A DNA stretch of 21,631 nt from the NCBI GenBank assembly GCA_027491735.1, contig JAOZGP010000003.1, positions 1-21,631 of the forward strand. The letters are read 5' to 3'. Source of the stretch: Thermoproteota archaeon (GTDB lineage: Archaea; Korarchaeota; Korarchaeia; Korarchaeales; Korarchaeaceae). Position numbers and translations under genes: made by a program. The notes below the pieces were generated by a model that saw only the letters and a list, made by a program, of their open reading frames with translations, had not been told where the DNA came from and did no database searches. The stretch's first letter is position 1; the number at the start of each line of letters is the position of its first letter. Of the stretch, positions 1-8,774 are shown in pieces.

Positions 1-133
1 ACTCCCTTCAGCCGTCCCCGCTTCGGCTTGAGGTCTCGCACATCTGAAGGGCACAACACGCTAAGAACTCAGTTAAGATCCCGAAAGAGGCCGTGACGAT
101 GCCACATCATCCGTGAATTAGCTCCTCATGTCC

Positions 134-952
134 CTATAATTTAATACCGAAGAGGTTGAGGATCTCTGGATCAAGCACAGAAAAGACCATTCTGAAGGGT
201 GCGAGGATGTGAGCTCCCCATTTCAGCTTGAACCTCCTAACCCCTTCATCCACTCCAAGACCCAGATTCATCCTCTTGATGCCTAGCTCCTTGCTTCTCT
301 CTATCAGCTCATGAAGCAGCAAGTCCGAGGCTCCGGGAACCTCTCTGGAACTGAAGCTGAACATATAGAAAGAGCAGTTTCTGGCTGAGAGATCTCCCAC
401 CGTGAAAGCCACCAGCTTCCCATCCTTTCTCGCCTCCAGCAAGATCACACCCTCTCTCCTGACATAGGACCCGAGCTTTGAGAACATCTCTCTATGCATG
501 TCCGAGATCTCCTTCCTGCCGATCAGGTCCTTCACTATCCTCCCATGCTCTCGGGTCACCTTGTTCCCCTCCACGACCTTCAGTTCCCTAGAAGCTCTTC
601 TCACCATGTTTCTGACTTTCTTGTTGGGTCTAAGTCCTTCCAGGTTTAGATAGTAGTACTCATCCCTCTCCTCCTCCTCGATCCTGTAGGGATAGGACTC
701 AGGTATCCTCGGAGCGATGAGCGTCAGGTACCTGGGTTTTATCCTCCTGACAAGCCTCTCCACTAGATCTTCGAGGTTGTCTTTCTCCTCTAAAGGATAA
801 CCTATTATCCTCAAGTCATCTCCGCGGAGATAATAAAGGCAAGGGCTCTCTAGAAAGGGTTCCAAGTTCGAGAAGGAGGTCATGTAAGACGGAAGATGCT
901 CCGGGATGTATGCCCTCTCCAGGACGTAGCTCATCTCCTCATCCGTGAGCAT
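134..952 (-). CDS. GNAT-fold protein, FemABX/MprF-transferase-domain (DUF2156/Acetyltransf_6)-like
   Basis: The ORF track gives 134..1042 (GTG), but ATG at 952 (MLTDEEMSYVLERAYIPEHL) is a more protein-like start. The C-terminus PGASDLLLHELIERSKELGIKRMNLGLG..EGVRRFKLKWG and the mid-protein KKVRNMVRRA motif match FemAB-like GNAT proteins. Confidence 0.7.
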   Translation of the reverse strand: MLTDEEMSYVLERAYIPEHLPSYMTSFSNLEPFLESPCLYYLRGDDLRIIGYPLEEKDNLEDLVERLVRRIKPRYLTLIAPRIPESYPYRIEEEERDEYYYLNLEGLRPNKKVRNMVRRASRELKVVEGNKVTREHGRIVKDLIGRKEISDMHREMFSKLGSYVRREGVILLEARKDGKLVAFTVGDLSARNCSFYMFSFSSREVPGASDLLLHELIERSKELGIKRMNLGLGVDEGVRRFKLKWGAHILAPFRMVFSVLDPEILNLFGIKL

Positions 953-1125
953 CTTGAGTTCCCTCGGAAACACCAACAAAAAGGTGATGTTTGTGATCCA
1001 GCACCGCCCTATCCAACGGAAAAAGTCGGCTGATCTCTTCACGCCCCACCGCTTGGATGAAATCGGTCAAGAAGAGGTGAGCTTAGATTCGAATTCGCCT
1101 GATCAGAGCTGATAGATCGTGAGGC

Positions 1126-1159
1126 CAAACGTTTTATACTGGCAGTAGGTCCTCTACTG
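1126..1159 (+). promoter_or_regulatory. Putative BRE/TATA promoter with an inverted repeat over the start site
   Basis: CAAACG-TTTTATA (TATA about 1132-1138) lies about 25 nt before ATG 1161. An inverted repeat CAGTAG-N5-CTACTG occupies 1143-1159. Confidence 0.45.
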
Positions 1160-1160
1160 G

Positions 1161-2210
1161 ATGAGAGTGAGCAATCCTCGTTACCCTGTTATTGCTGTCC
1201 TTGCGCTCCTTCTGCTGTCAGTCGCCCAAGTTAGCGCTCAACAAAGTACTCCCCTACCTAAATCTCCCTTTCTGATTGGAGCCGTTGACCTCCTCGGGAA
1301 CCTATCCTCTGAGGGAGATCTGAAGGTCATGGTGATAAACAACGGGTTCGTGAACGTGAGTGTGAGTGGGATCCTGATCGATGGCTTCGAGTTCTGGAGC
1401 GGTCAGCTCCTCCTCAAGCCAAACGAGACCAAAACCTTTGAACATGTGGTAAGTTTCAACAGGAGCGCCCCCATACACAACCTGACCTTCCTGTTCGAGA
1501 AAGCCATGCCGAGCAAGGTCAGCATACCACTGACCCCGCAGAAGAACTCTAGCTCCTGGTTAGGGAGGTATCCCATCAGTTTAGCCGTCGAGTTGGGAGT
1601 TAAGGAATCTGTTGGAATGCCCGTGTGGGCTAAACCTGGATTTTCAATGAGGATCCATTACTCCACGTTCCAGAGTAACGGAGGAAAGCAGTCGGACTAC
1701 ATGGAGCTCACCATAAAATCCGTTGATGAGGAGAGCAAGGAGTACACCTACGTGGTGAAGATGGGAGGCAGGAGCATGGCCAATAAAGCCAGCGTGTTTG
1801 AGCCGAACTTATTGCTCATGCATCCCTTCTACATCAAGTGGATAGAGGATCACGGATACCTCCCGTATGGGAGGTGGAAAATAGTTCTCCTGGGAAAGGA
1901 GGATGTGACTACCAAGTACGGAGTGATAAAGACCCTGCACCTCCAGATGATGGGCGTCAGCGGCCTCACTACATACAAGATAGGGATGTGGATCGATCCT
2001 GACACAGGCATAATGATCAAGAGCTTCAGAACAGCTTTATCCGCATCTCCAAACGGCATATCCTACGAGAACGCTACCATCACTCTCGACACCATAAAGG
2101 GAGTTCCCATAGGGGCTGGCAAAAAGGGGCCTATCAACTGGATTGCTGCTGGAGCTGCCTTCGCTGTTTTAGTGATTGTGGTCTACCTCCTCCAGAGGAA
2201 GAGGTCCTGA
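1161..2210 (+). CDS. Secreted, C-terminally membrane-anchored surface protein of unknown function
   Basis: N-terminal signal peptide (..VIAVLALLLLSVAQVSA/QQ), beta-rich ectodomain with several N-x-S/T sequons, and a C-terminal TM helix WIAAGAAFAVLVIVVYLL followed by basic QRKRS. Confidence 0.75.
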   Translation: MRVSNPRYPVIAVLALLLLSVAQVSAQQSTPLPKSPFLIGAVDLLGNLSSEGDLKVMVINNGFVNVSVSGILIDGFEFWSGQLLLKPNETKTFEHVVSFNRSAPIHNLTFLFEKAMPSKVSIPLTPQKNSSSWLGRYPISLAVELGVKESVGMPVWAKPGFSMRIHYSTFQSNGGKQSDYMELTIKSVDEESKEYTYVVKMGGRSMANKASVFEPNLLLMHPFYIKWIEDHGYLPYGRWKIVLLGKEDVTTKYGVIKTLHLQMMGVSGLTTYKIGMWIDPDTGIMIKSFRTALSASPNGISYENATITLDTIKGVPIGAGKKGPINWIAAGAAFAVLVIVVYLLQRKRS

Positions 2211-2252
2211 CGAGCACTTTTTACTTACCCATCAGTAATTTTTGTCGGACAG

Positions 2253-3455
2253 ATGAGGATAGATCCTGGGATCTGTGTTGTGTGTAAGGGAAATCGTGGG
2301 CTCTGTGGCCTTGAGAGATGTCCCATACTAGAGAGAATCAAAATCCACTCGAAGGTAAGGTTCAGGGGAGATCTTGTTGATGGCGCCTCGCCTCCTTTCT
2401 CCCTTGTGGGGGAAACCGGATACCCAAGGGTCATGGTAGGCTCCTTGATCTCGGAGAGCACTGATCTTGCTCGGCTGTCCGAAGATCACTCATCCCTTTT
2501 AGATATGGATCTTGAAAAGATCATAGAGATAAGAGCTTCGCTTATGAACCTCAGTTCAAGGTACAGGGTCAGAGACCAGGGAGATAAGAATTTGGAGGAG
2601 ATGAGGCTTTCCGCCATGAGTTCAATCCCTGTGCTCATAGAGGCGAAGGTAAAGGCAGCTCTAAATCCTCGGATGAGGTTCGATGGGTTGTTGGCTCCAG
2701 TGGGTCCCACAGCACGGTTGGAGAGGATAAGGCTGGAGGAAGAGCCGAAGGTTCCGAGGAGGGTGGATCTTCTGGTGTCTGATCACGACGTCCGGGCCTT
2801 CGATGCTGCTGTAGAGCTCTATACCTCAGGAATCGATGTGTATCACATAACCAGGCTTTTGAGCCTTGGTCTTCTGGGAAGGAGGGACTTCAGGAAGCTT
2901 GTCCCGACCAGATGGTCGATAACAGCCGTTGACTCCATGCTGGGAGGTTTCCTCAAGAGAAGGGTCCTTTCCCTCCCGGAGCACTCGTCCGAGGTTCTCC
3001 TCTACAGATCTGAGTTTAATGACAACAGGTACAGGATCCTTATTGTCCCTGGACCATACAGACTGAGTGTGGTGGAGTGTTGGCTTCCTCGGAGCCTGTG
3101 GACGAGATTGAGCGCTCAGGTAACCACAAATTATGAGGACTCAGTGAAGGACTTTCATCTCATGGATGGAGGACACTACGCCTTGAGGTTCTCCGTCCTG
3201 GAGCACATGTTCAGGATCGGAAGGCAGGCCACCTGTGTGGTTGTGAGGGAGATAGGTCCCGGCTACTACGCTCCGGTGGGAAATTGGCAGATAAGGGAGG
3301 CTATTCGAAGAGCTTTCTCATCGGAGCCGGCTAGGTTCAATGACCTGGATGAGGCCATCTCCAGTCTGGACATCTCTAAGGAAGCTCTATTGGCCGTTCT
3401 GAGATCTAAGGCCTTGCAGATGCTCAAGGTAGGACGCTTAACAGATTTCCTGTGA
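2253..3455 (+). CDS. nreA: Nre-family archaeal DNA repair protein (DUF650/DUF651)
   Basis: N-terminal CxxCKG..LCG..RCP Zn motif, plus SPPFSLVG..GYPRV, RKLVPTRWSITAVDS, GGHYALR and YYAPVGNWQIRE motifs, and a C-terminal PIP-like RLTDFL. Confidence 0.92.
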   Translation: MRIDPGICVVCKGNRGLCGLERCPILERIKIHSKVRFRGDLVDGASPPFSLVGETGYPRVMVGSLISESTDLARLSEDHSSLLDMDLEKIIEIRASLMNLSSRYRVRDQGDKNLEEMRLSAMSSIPVLIEAKVKAALNPRMRFDGLLAPVGPTARLERIRLEEEPKVPRRVDLLVSDHDVRAFDAAVELYTSGIDVYHITRLLSLGLLGRRDFRKLVPTRWSITAVDSMLGGFLKRRVLSLPEHSSEVLLYRSEFNDNRYRILIVPGPYRLSVVECWLPRSLWTRLSAQVTTNYEDSVKDFHLMDGGHYALRFSVLEHMFRIGRQATCVVVREIGPGYYAPVGNWQIREAIRRAFSSEPARFNDLDEAISSLDISKEALLAVLRSKALQMLKVGRLTDFL

Positions 3456-3498
3456 CAGATTTTTATTTGAACATGGGGGGGTTAGCTGGTGGCCTTGG

Positions 3499-4515
3499 TT
3501 GGAGGGAGACGAGGTAGAAAGAACGATTATGCTCACGGGCAGATCGACCTACATAATATCCCTTCCGAAGAGCTGGCTTCGAAGCATGGGTGTGGGTAAG
3601 GGAGATAAGCTCAAGCTCTACAGAAGGGGTCCCAATGAGATCCTGATAACCACCTCCATGATAGAACCCAAGGATAGTGGTTGTAAAGTCGTTGAAATTA
3701 GCCCGAAGAGAACGCAGATGATGCGAGCAGCGCTCTCCTGCTACATAGATGGTTGCACCAGGATCATTCTGAGAGCCAAGGGCAAGAGCTTTCTGCCAAC
3801 ACACCTTGAGGATTTGAGGGAGTTTGTGAAGAGAAACATTATTGGGGCAGAGATAGTCTCGGAAAGCTCTAAGGAAGTTGTGATACAGGTCTTTCTGGGA
3901 CCTCCCGAGTTTCCATTCGATCAGGCACTCAGACGCGTCTACTGGATAATGTCCAACATGATGAACAACCTTCTGAAGGTTCTGGAGGAGGAGTGCGATG
4001 AGGAGCTCGCCAGTTCCATAGTCAAGTCCGACGACGACGTCGACAGGTTGGTGTACTATCTCTCCAGACAGTTGAAGATGAGCCTGAGAAGCGTGAAGGT
4101 GATGGAGGAGACCGGTCTCACGGATCTCAAGGACGCCGTTGATTACGGGCTGATAGTAAAGTTCCTGGAGAGGATAGCAGATCACATCGTGAACTCTGCT
4201 AGAATTTTCATGGGAGAGAACCATATAGGCAGGGAGCTCAGGACGAAGATGGTCAAGGCCTTGAAGGAGGCCAAGAGCAACTTTGACGATGCTATCGAGG
4301 CGCTCTTCTCACTGGACTATGAGAGGATAGAGGACATAGTGGAGAGGTCGAGAAAGCTCAGATGGAAGCTGAAGGACCTGATAAATAGGTCTACCAAGGA
4401 GGAAAGAGGGGTTTTGAGTTTGCTTGCTGAACACCTCGCCAGGGTATCTGAGTACAGCAGTGATATAGCTGAGATAGTGATGAGCATGGCCCTCAGAAGG
4501 ACCAGGAAGAAATGA
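3499..4515 (+). CDS. phoU: Archaeal phosphate uptake regulator (AbrB/SpoVT N-domain plus tandem PhoU domains)
   Basis: N-terminal TGRSTYIISLPKSW..GDKL (AbrB-like), then PhoU motifs DDDVDRL, LERIADH and LARVSEYSSDIAE. TTG start. Confidence 0.88.
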   Translation: MEGDEVERTIMLTGRSTYIISLPKSWLRSMGVGKGDKLKLYRRGPNEILITTSMIEPKDSGCKVVEISPKRTQMMRAALSCYIDGCTRIILRAKGKSFLPTHLEDLREFVKRNIIGAEIVSESSKEVVIQVFLGPPEFPFDQALRRVYWIMSNMMNNLLKVLEEECDEELASSIVKSDDDVDRLVYYLSRQLKMSLRSVKVMEETGLTDLKDAVDYGLIVKFLERIADHIVNSARIFMGENHIGRELRTKMVKALKEAKSNFDDAIEALFSLDYERIEDIVERSRKLRWKLKDLINRSTKEERGVLSLLAEHLARVSEYSSDIAEIVMSMALRRTRKK

Positions 4516-4523
4516 GAGGGATT

Positions 4524-7340
4524 TCACTCTATGTATATGGCAGGTCTCCCCGGAAGCGATCTCGTTGCTCTGCCCATCGGATCATATTCGGGCTTGTCCT
4601 CCACCTGAAGGCTCATATCGAGCCCGAGTTCCTCTTCAATGAAATCTCTGAGATTCCTAAATGCCCTCATCTCGTCCTCCCTAGGAAGCCATGTCCACGG
4701 CGATTGTTTGAATTCCTGAACAATTCTCGCTACTTCCTTGCCCCTCGTCCTGAATTTCTCGTCCTTCATGACTTCCCGTATTATCTCTGATGGAGATCCT
4801 TTCTTTTCGGATATCTCCCTCATCAGATCGTATTTCCAGTTTGAAGCTATGTAGACATGGAGTTTACTGGGTTTCTGTCCTGTGACGTTCAGGACTGACC
4901 TAACATCATCCACGAGCCTCCTCACGACATCCACCATTCCCTCCTCAAGCTCATAGACCTCTGAGGGCTCCGGCCATGAGGCTAGACTGACGAATCCGTC
5001 ATGACCAAGCATCTCCCAAAGCTCCTCCGACATGTGAGGGATTATGGGAGCAATGATCCTGACCCAGTCCTCGAGCACCCTCTTCATGACTGCGCTCCTA
5101 CCCTTCTTAGCTCGAAGGTAGAACTTCACGTCATTGAGTGGGAAGTGGATTGCATTGAGAGTCGCCTTTCTCATGAAACATTGCTCATAGGCCTCCGTGC
5201 TCTCCTTCACGTACCTGCTCATCCTGCTGATTATCCACTTGTCCCAGATGTCCTCTGGATCGGAGATCTCTGAAGAGGAGAACCTCCTGAAGATCTCATA
5301 TATGTCTTGAAGGATTGAAAGCATAGATCTTGCGGCAGCATCGCTGAAATTGGCATCACTCATTATCTCAGCAGATCCGAGAAGTGCGGCTCTTATGCAG
5401 TCCGCCCCGTACTTCCTCACCGCCTCTCTGAGGGGTATTATGTTCCTGAGGGTCTTGGACATCTTCACGCCTTCCATGAGCACAGATCCGTTGGCCACTA
5501 TCTGTTTGGGCCAGTGTTCAGGCCTGAATATGGCTATGTGATTGTAGAGGAAGAAGGCAAGGTGATTCCAGATCAGGTCCCTACCGCTGTGTCTGGAATC
5601 GAGTGGATACCAGTACTCAAATTCCTCCCTCATCTTCTGAAGAATCTTCGGGTTAATCCCCCTTCTCCTCCCTACGTCCTCTGGATCTCCCTTTCCAAGA
5701 AAGATGTAGTCGAACACCTCCTCTCCAAGATTTTCAGGCTCTATCTTCCTGAGATCCCTCACTATAGTGTAGTAAGCCATGTAGATCGTGCTATCACTGA
5801 GGCTCTCTATGATCCAGTCCGGGCTCCACGGAAGCCTGGTGCCAAGTCCTCTCCTTCTGGCGCATGCCTTCTCCTTGAGCCACTCGACGGAATCCCTGAA
5901 CTCCCTCCTGAGGGTCTCCGGTACTATCCTCATTTTCGAGAGATGCTCGAGGGCTTTTCTCTTCCACTCTGGGTCGGCGTAGTTTATGAACCACTGATCC
6001 CTTACTATCTTCACGAGAACCTCTGTGCCACACCTGCAGAGCACTGGGGCGTTGACTATCTCGTAGAAGATGATGGCCTTGCCCTCCTTTATGAGATCCT
6101 CCTTCACCCTCTCCTTTGCCTTGGAGACTGAGAGACCGCTGTACTTACCCATGTTCTCCTTGGCCACTCCTCTGTGGTACTCAACTGAGTACACCTCCTT
6201 TGTGGCGTCCTCAGCCTTGGGGTCGTTCTGATCTTTTATTTTGAGCTTTTCGACGACATCCTTGGCTGGAAGATCGGAGTAGCCGTCAACCTTTATTATC
6301 GATATTGGATCTGGTCTCCTTATCCCGAGATCCGAGAAAAAACTGTCGGGAAGGTCCATGAGGGCGAGGTAATCGTAAGGAGCATGGCCAGGAACAGACA
6401 TAACCACTCCTGTCCCGAAGTCCCCTTTGACGAAGCTAGCAGGGAGGATGTAGATCTCCTCTCCAGTCATCGGGTTCGTAACCTTTCTGCCGACAAGTTC
6501 CGAACCGTTTATCTTTCCAACCCTCCTGACTTTTCTTCCCTGAAACCCAAGCTTGAGCGCAGCCCTGTCGGACATGATCCATCTCTCACCATCGACCTCT
6601 GCTATGACGTACTCCATCTTCGGGTTAATCCATATATTTGTCACTCCGAAGATGGTCTCAGGCCTGAACGTCACGACTGGAAACACCAGGTCATTAGATC
6701 TGAACTTTATGAGAACCACTTCCTCTATCTCTGGGTCTTTATCTCCTATCGTGTCATGTTGCCCAACAGCGTTTCCGCACTTTGGGCACCAACCGACCGG
6801 ATGTTCTCCCTTCACAAGAAGCCCCTTCTCCCTGAGCTTGTAGAACTGCCATGTTATGAACCTGTTGTAGTGCCTGTCTATAGTTGTGAACTCCCTCCTC
6901 CAGTCTATGGAATATCCCATCTCCTTCATTCCCATCTTTATTTCGTTATGGAAGTATCTGGCGAGGCTGAGCGGATCCGTGAGGCTCTTTATCGTCTCCT
7001 CGGGTATGTGATATATCTCCCTGAAAGTCTCTATGAGGTCTTCTTCCCCATCCTTGAGCCTCTGAGCCATGGCTATTATAGGAGTTCCCGTGTAATGGAA
7101 GGCCATGGGGAAGAGGACGTTATACCCCCTCATCCTGTGAAATCTGGCGTACACATCACCCACTGTGTAGGTTCTCCCGTGACCCACATGCTGCGGACTG
7201 TTGGGGTATGGGTAGGCCACCGTTATGAAGAACTTCGGTCTACCGACCTCAGGTTCAGCCTCAAATATTTTAGCCTCCTCCCACTTCTTCTGCCACTTCT
7301 CCTCCATTTCCCTGAGGATAGAGAGGAAATCATCACCCAA
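4524..7340 (-). CDS. leuS: Leucine--tRNA ligase (archaeal type)
   Basis: AYPYPNSPQHVGH (HIGH motif), CP1 editing motifs TFRPET and GTGVVMSVPGHAPYD, WIIESLSDSTIY, and KMSKT (KMSKS motif). The ORF extends to 7487, but TTG at 7340 (LGDDFLSILREMEEKWQKKW) fits a TATA-like AAGGTTATAT at about 7374-7383 on the minus strand. Confidence 0.97.
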   Translation of the reverse strand: MGDDFLSILREMEEKWQKKWEEAKIFEAEPEVGRPKFFITVAYPYPNSPQHVGHGRTYTVGDVYARFHRMRGYNVLFPMAFHYTGTPIIAMAQRLKDGEEDLIETFREIYHIPEETIKSLTDPLSLARYFHNEIKMGMKEMGYSIDWRREFTTIDRHYNRFITWQFYKLREKGLLVKGEHPVGWCPKCGNAVGQHDTIGDKDPEIEEVVLIKFRSNDLVFPVVTFRPETIFGVTNIWINPKMEYVIAEVDGERWIMSDRAALKLGFQGRKVRRVGKINGSELVGRKVTNPMTGEEIYILPASFVKGDFGTGVVMSVPGHAPYDYLALMDLPDSFFSDLGIRRPDPISIIKVDGYSDLPAKDVVEKLKIKDQNDPKAEDATKEVYSVEYHRGVAKENMGKYSGLSVSKAKERVKEDLIKEGKAIIFYEIVNAPVLCRCGTEVLVKIVRDQWFINYADPEWKRKALEHLSKMRIVPETLRREFRDSVEWLKEKACARRRGLGTRLPWSPDWIIESLSDSTIYMAYYTIVRDLRKIEPENLGEEVFDYIFLGKGDPEDVGRRRGINPKILQKMREEFEYWYPLDSRHSGRDLIWNHLAFFLYNHIAIFRPEHWPKQIVANGSVLMEGVKMSKTLRNIIPLREAVRKYGADCIRAALLGSAEIMSDANFSDAAARSMLSILQDIYEIFRRFSSSEISDPEDIWDKWIISRMSRYVKESTEAYEQCFMRKATLNAIHFPLNDVKFYLRAKKGRSAVMKRVLEDWVRIIAPIIPHMSEELWEMLGHDGFVSLASWPEPSEVYELEEGMVDVVRRLVDDVRSVLNVTGQKPSKLHVYIASNWKYDLMREISEKKGSPSEIIREVMKDEKFRTRGKEVARIVQEFKQSPWTWLPREDEMRAFRNLRDFIEEELGLDMSLQVEDKPEYDPMGRATRSLPGRPAIYIE

Positions 7341-7690
7341 GTTGGATCCCTCTGCCTTCCCTTCGATCACAAAGATATAACCTTTGAGGGGTACCCGGTC
7401 CTCCCTTAGGGAAGCAAAGGTCAATTGAATATTTTTTCGGATGTTGAGGTCTTCTCCCATCAGCCCGAGCTTTGAGACACGGCTCACAGATATTTCGCTT
7501 TCCTGAGCTTGAAATCGATCTTGATGTTAGATTCGAAGCTGGACACGGGAATTTCTCAGGGATTCACACTTTACGAGTTCGGAGGATGACCCTCTGGAAT
7601 CGATATCTTATCTGTTGGCTCCAAGACCTGCTCTGCGTACCCTCTGAAACCGTTCCGGTCTAATCATAAGGTTTTAAGCATTTTCGTGAT

Positions 7691-7847
7691 CGGAGGCACG
7701 CTGCGGCTGCAACAGGCAGTTCGTATGCATTTGACTTCTCGATGAAGGGAGCTAAGTGCTCTGACCGGGTTGAGGTCAGTGATCCGCTCTCCGATGAAGT
7801 CCAGGTCCGTCGTGAGCACAGCTGAGCGTTCCTCACCGCGCCTTCCG
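7691..7847. ncRNA. Candidate structured non-coding RNA (unassigned)
   Basis: Nested helices: 7691-7700/7837-7847, AGCT-AA-GTGCTC 7750-7761/GAGCAC-AGCT 7814-7823, TGACC/GGTCA, CGATG/CGTCG and CTGC/GCAG. TATA-like TTTTAAG at 7672-7678. No convincing ORF. Confidence 0.3.
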
Positions 7848-7920
7848 AAAGCTCGCAATGACAGACTCCTCATCTTCTAACAGTTCAAGGCTTAAGAATC
7901 CGATCAAGGGATCCTTCAGG

Positions 7921-8514
7921 ATGAATGTGAGTGAGGAAGACGCCCTAATAGTTGTTGACATGCAGAGGGATTTCATGCCCGGAGGAGCTCTGCCCGTAAA
8001 GGGAGGAGATGAGATAATTGAAATCGTGAACTCTTACATAAGGAAGTTCAAGGAGAGAGGCGCTCTCGTAGTTTTAACTAGGGACTGGCATCCAACGGAC
8101 CACATCTCATTCCGGGAGAGGGGAGGACCCTGGCCTCCTCACTGCATTCAGGGAACTATCGGTGCTGAGTTTTATCCTGGACTTTACGTCCCCGAAGACG
8201 CTTTGATAGTGTCGAAGGGATCCGACAGCGAGAGGGAAGCTTACTCTGGGTTTAAAGGAACTGATCTGGAGGAGGAGCTGCGGAGGAGAGGAGTGAGGAG
8301 GATCTTCGTCGCCGGAGTGGCTACGGACTTCTGCGTTAAGAGCACAGTCCTCGACGCTCTGAGAAGGGGATTTGAGGTTTACGTCCTGTTGGATGCATGT
8401 AGAAGCGTGAGCAAGGAGGGAGGAGAGAGAGCAGTTGAGGAGATGATCAAGTCGGGAGCCAAGATCACCAGCTACTCCGAGATGTTCGGGTCGAGGGCTG
8501 TACAAAACTGTTAG
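7921..8514 (+). CDS. pncA: Nicotinamidase/pyrazinamidase (isochorismatase family)
   Basis: Motifs ALIVVDMQRDFMPGGALPV, TRDWHP..H.SF, WPPHCIQGT.GA, VSKG..EAYSGF and GVATDFCV give the D-K-C catalytic triad and metal ligands. ATG 7921 lies about 25 nt after CTTAAG. Confidence 0.95.
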   Translation: MNVSEEDALIVVDMQRDFMPGGALPVKGGDEIIEIVNSYIRKFKERGALVVLTRDWHPTDHISFRERGGPWPPHCIQGTIGAEFYPGLYVPEDALIVSKGSDSEREAYSGFKGTDLEEELRRRGVRRIFVAGVATDFCVKSTVLDALRRGFEVYVLLDACRSVSKEGGERAVEEMIKSGAKITSYSEMFGSRAVQNC

Positions 8515-8546
8515 ATACTCGATAGTCAAATATGCTCTGGGCTGAC

Positions 8547-8740
8547 ATGGAACGATAGCACACGATGAGGGAGGCGGCCAGGATCTCAGGTGTCTCAGTC
8601 AGGATGATCCAGCGGTGAGATAAATCAGGCAAGATCAGGTGCATCCGCACTCCGGATGGAAAGAGGAGTGTTCCAGAGCCGGAGATGAGAGAATACTCGG
8701 TCTGGGCGAGGAACGGGTTGTGGTGAGCTACGCAGGGGTG
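8547..8740 (+). pseudogene. tnpA: IS607 TnpA (MerR-like HTH plus serine recombinase start) remnant
   Basis: Translates as [46 protein letters not shown], then after a frameshift RILGLGEERVVVSYAGV. This matches the IS607 TnpA N-terminus (..[21 protein letters not shown]....GYARVS), with two stops and a frameshift. Confidence 0.85.
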
Positions 8741-8774
8741 ACCTGGAGGAGCAGGCCGTGAGGGGGCGCGCGGG

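Noticed and set aside
4-51. Hairpin/IRs at the window start (CCTTCAGCCG..CGGCTTGAGG; CCCTTCAG..CTGAAGGG), considered as an SRP, RNase P or SECIS RNA
   Set aside because: It is truncated by the window edge and lacks the diagnostic conserved motifs of those RNAs, so it cannot be assigned.
65-131. Minus-strand ATGAGGA..CGGA-TGATGT..CTGA as a C/D box sRNA
   Set aside because: The boxes are degenerate and the guide spacing (about 9 and 31 nt) is atypical.
4512-7409. Multiple plus-strand ORFs of 63-341 aa inside leuS, and similar antisense ORFs over nreA, phoU, pncA, arcC and the nad genes
   Set aside because: These are shadow frames of well-supported genes, with no motifs and non-protein-like composition.
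7341-7487. 49-aa N-terminal extension of LeuRS in the ORF track
   Set aside because: It has no LeuRS similarity and contains the likely TATA box, so it is a longest-ORF artefact. The same applies to the extensions of pncA (7858), the USP (11554) and the GNAT gene (1042).
7692-7847. tRNA (including tRNA-Sec or intron-containing), RNase P, SRP or hammerhead identity for the structured region
   Set aside because: There is no TTCRA T-loop or canonical anticodon arm, no proper P4 (GAAAGTC/GGCTT), no GNRA helix-8 tetraloop and no CTGANGA/GAAA core. It is kept only as an unassigned candidate.
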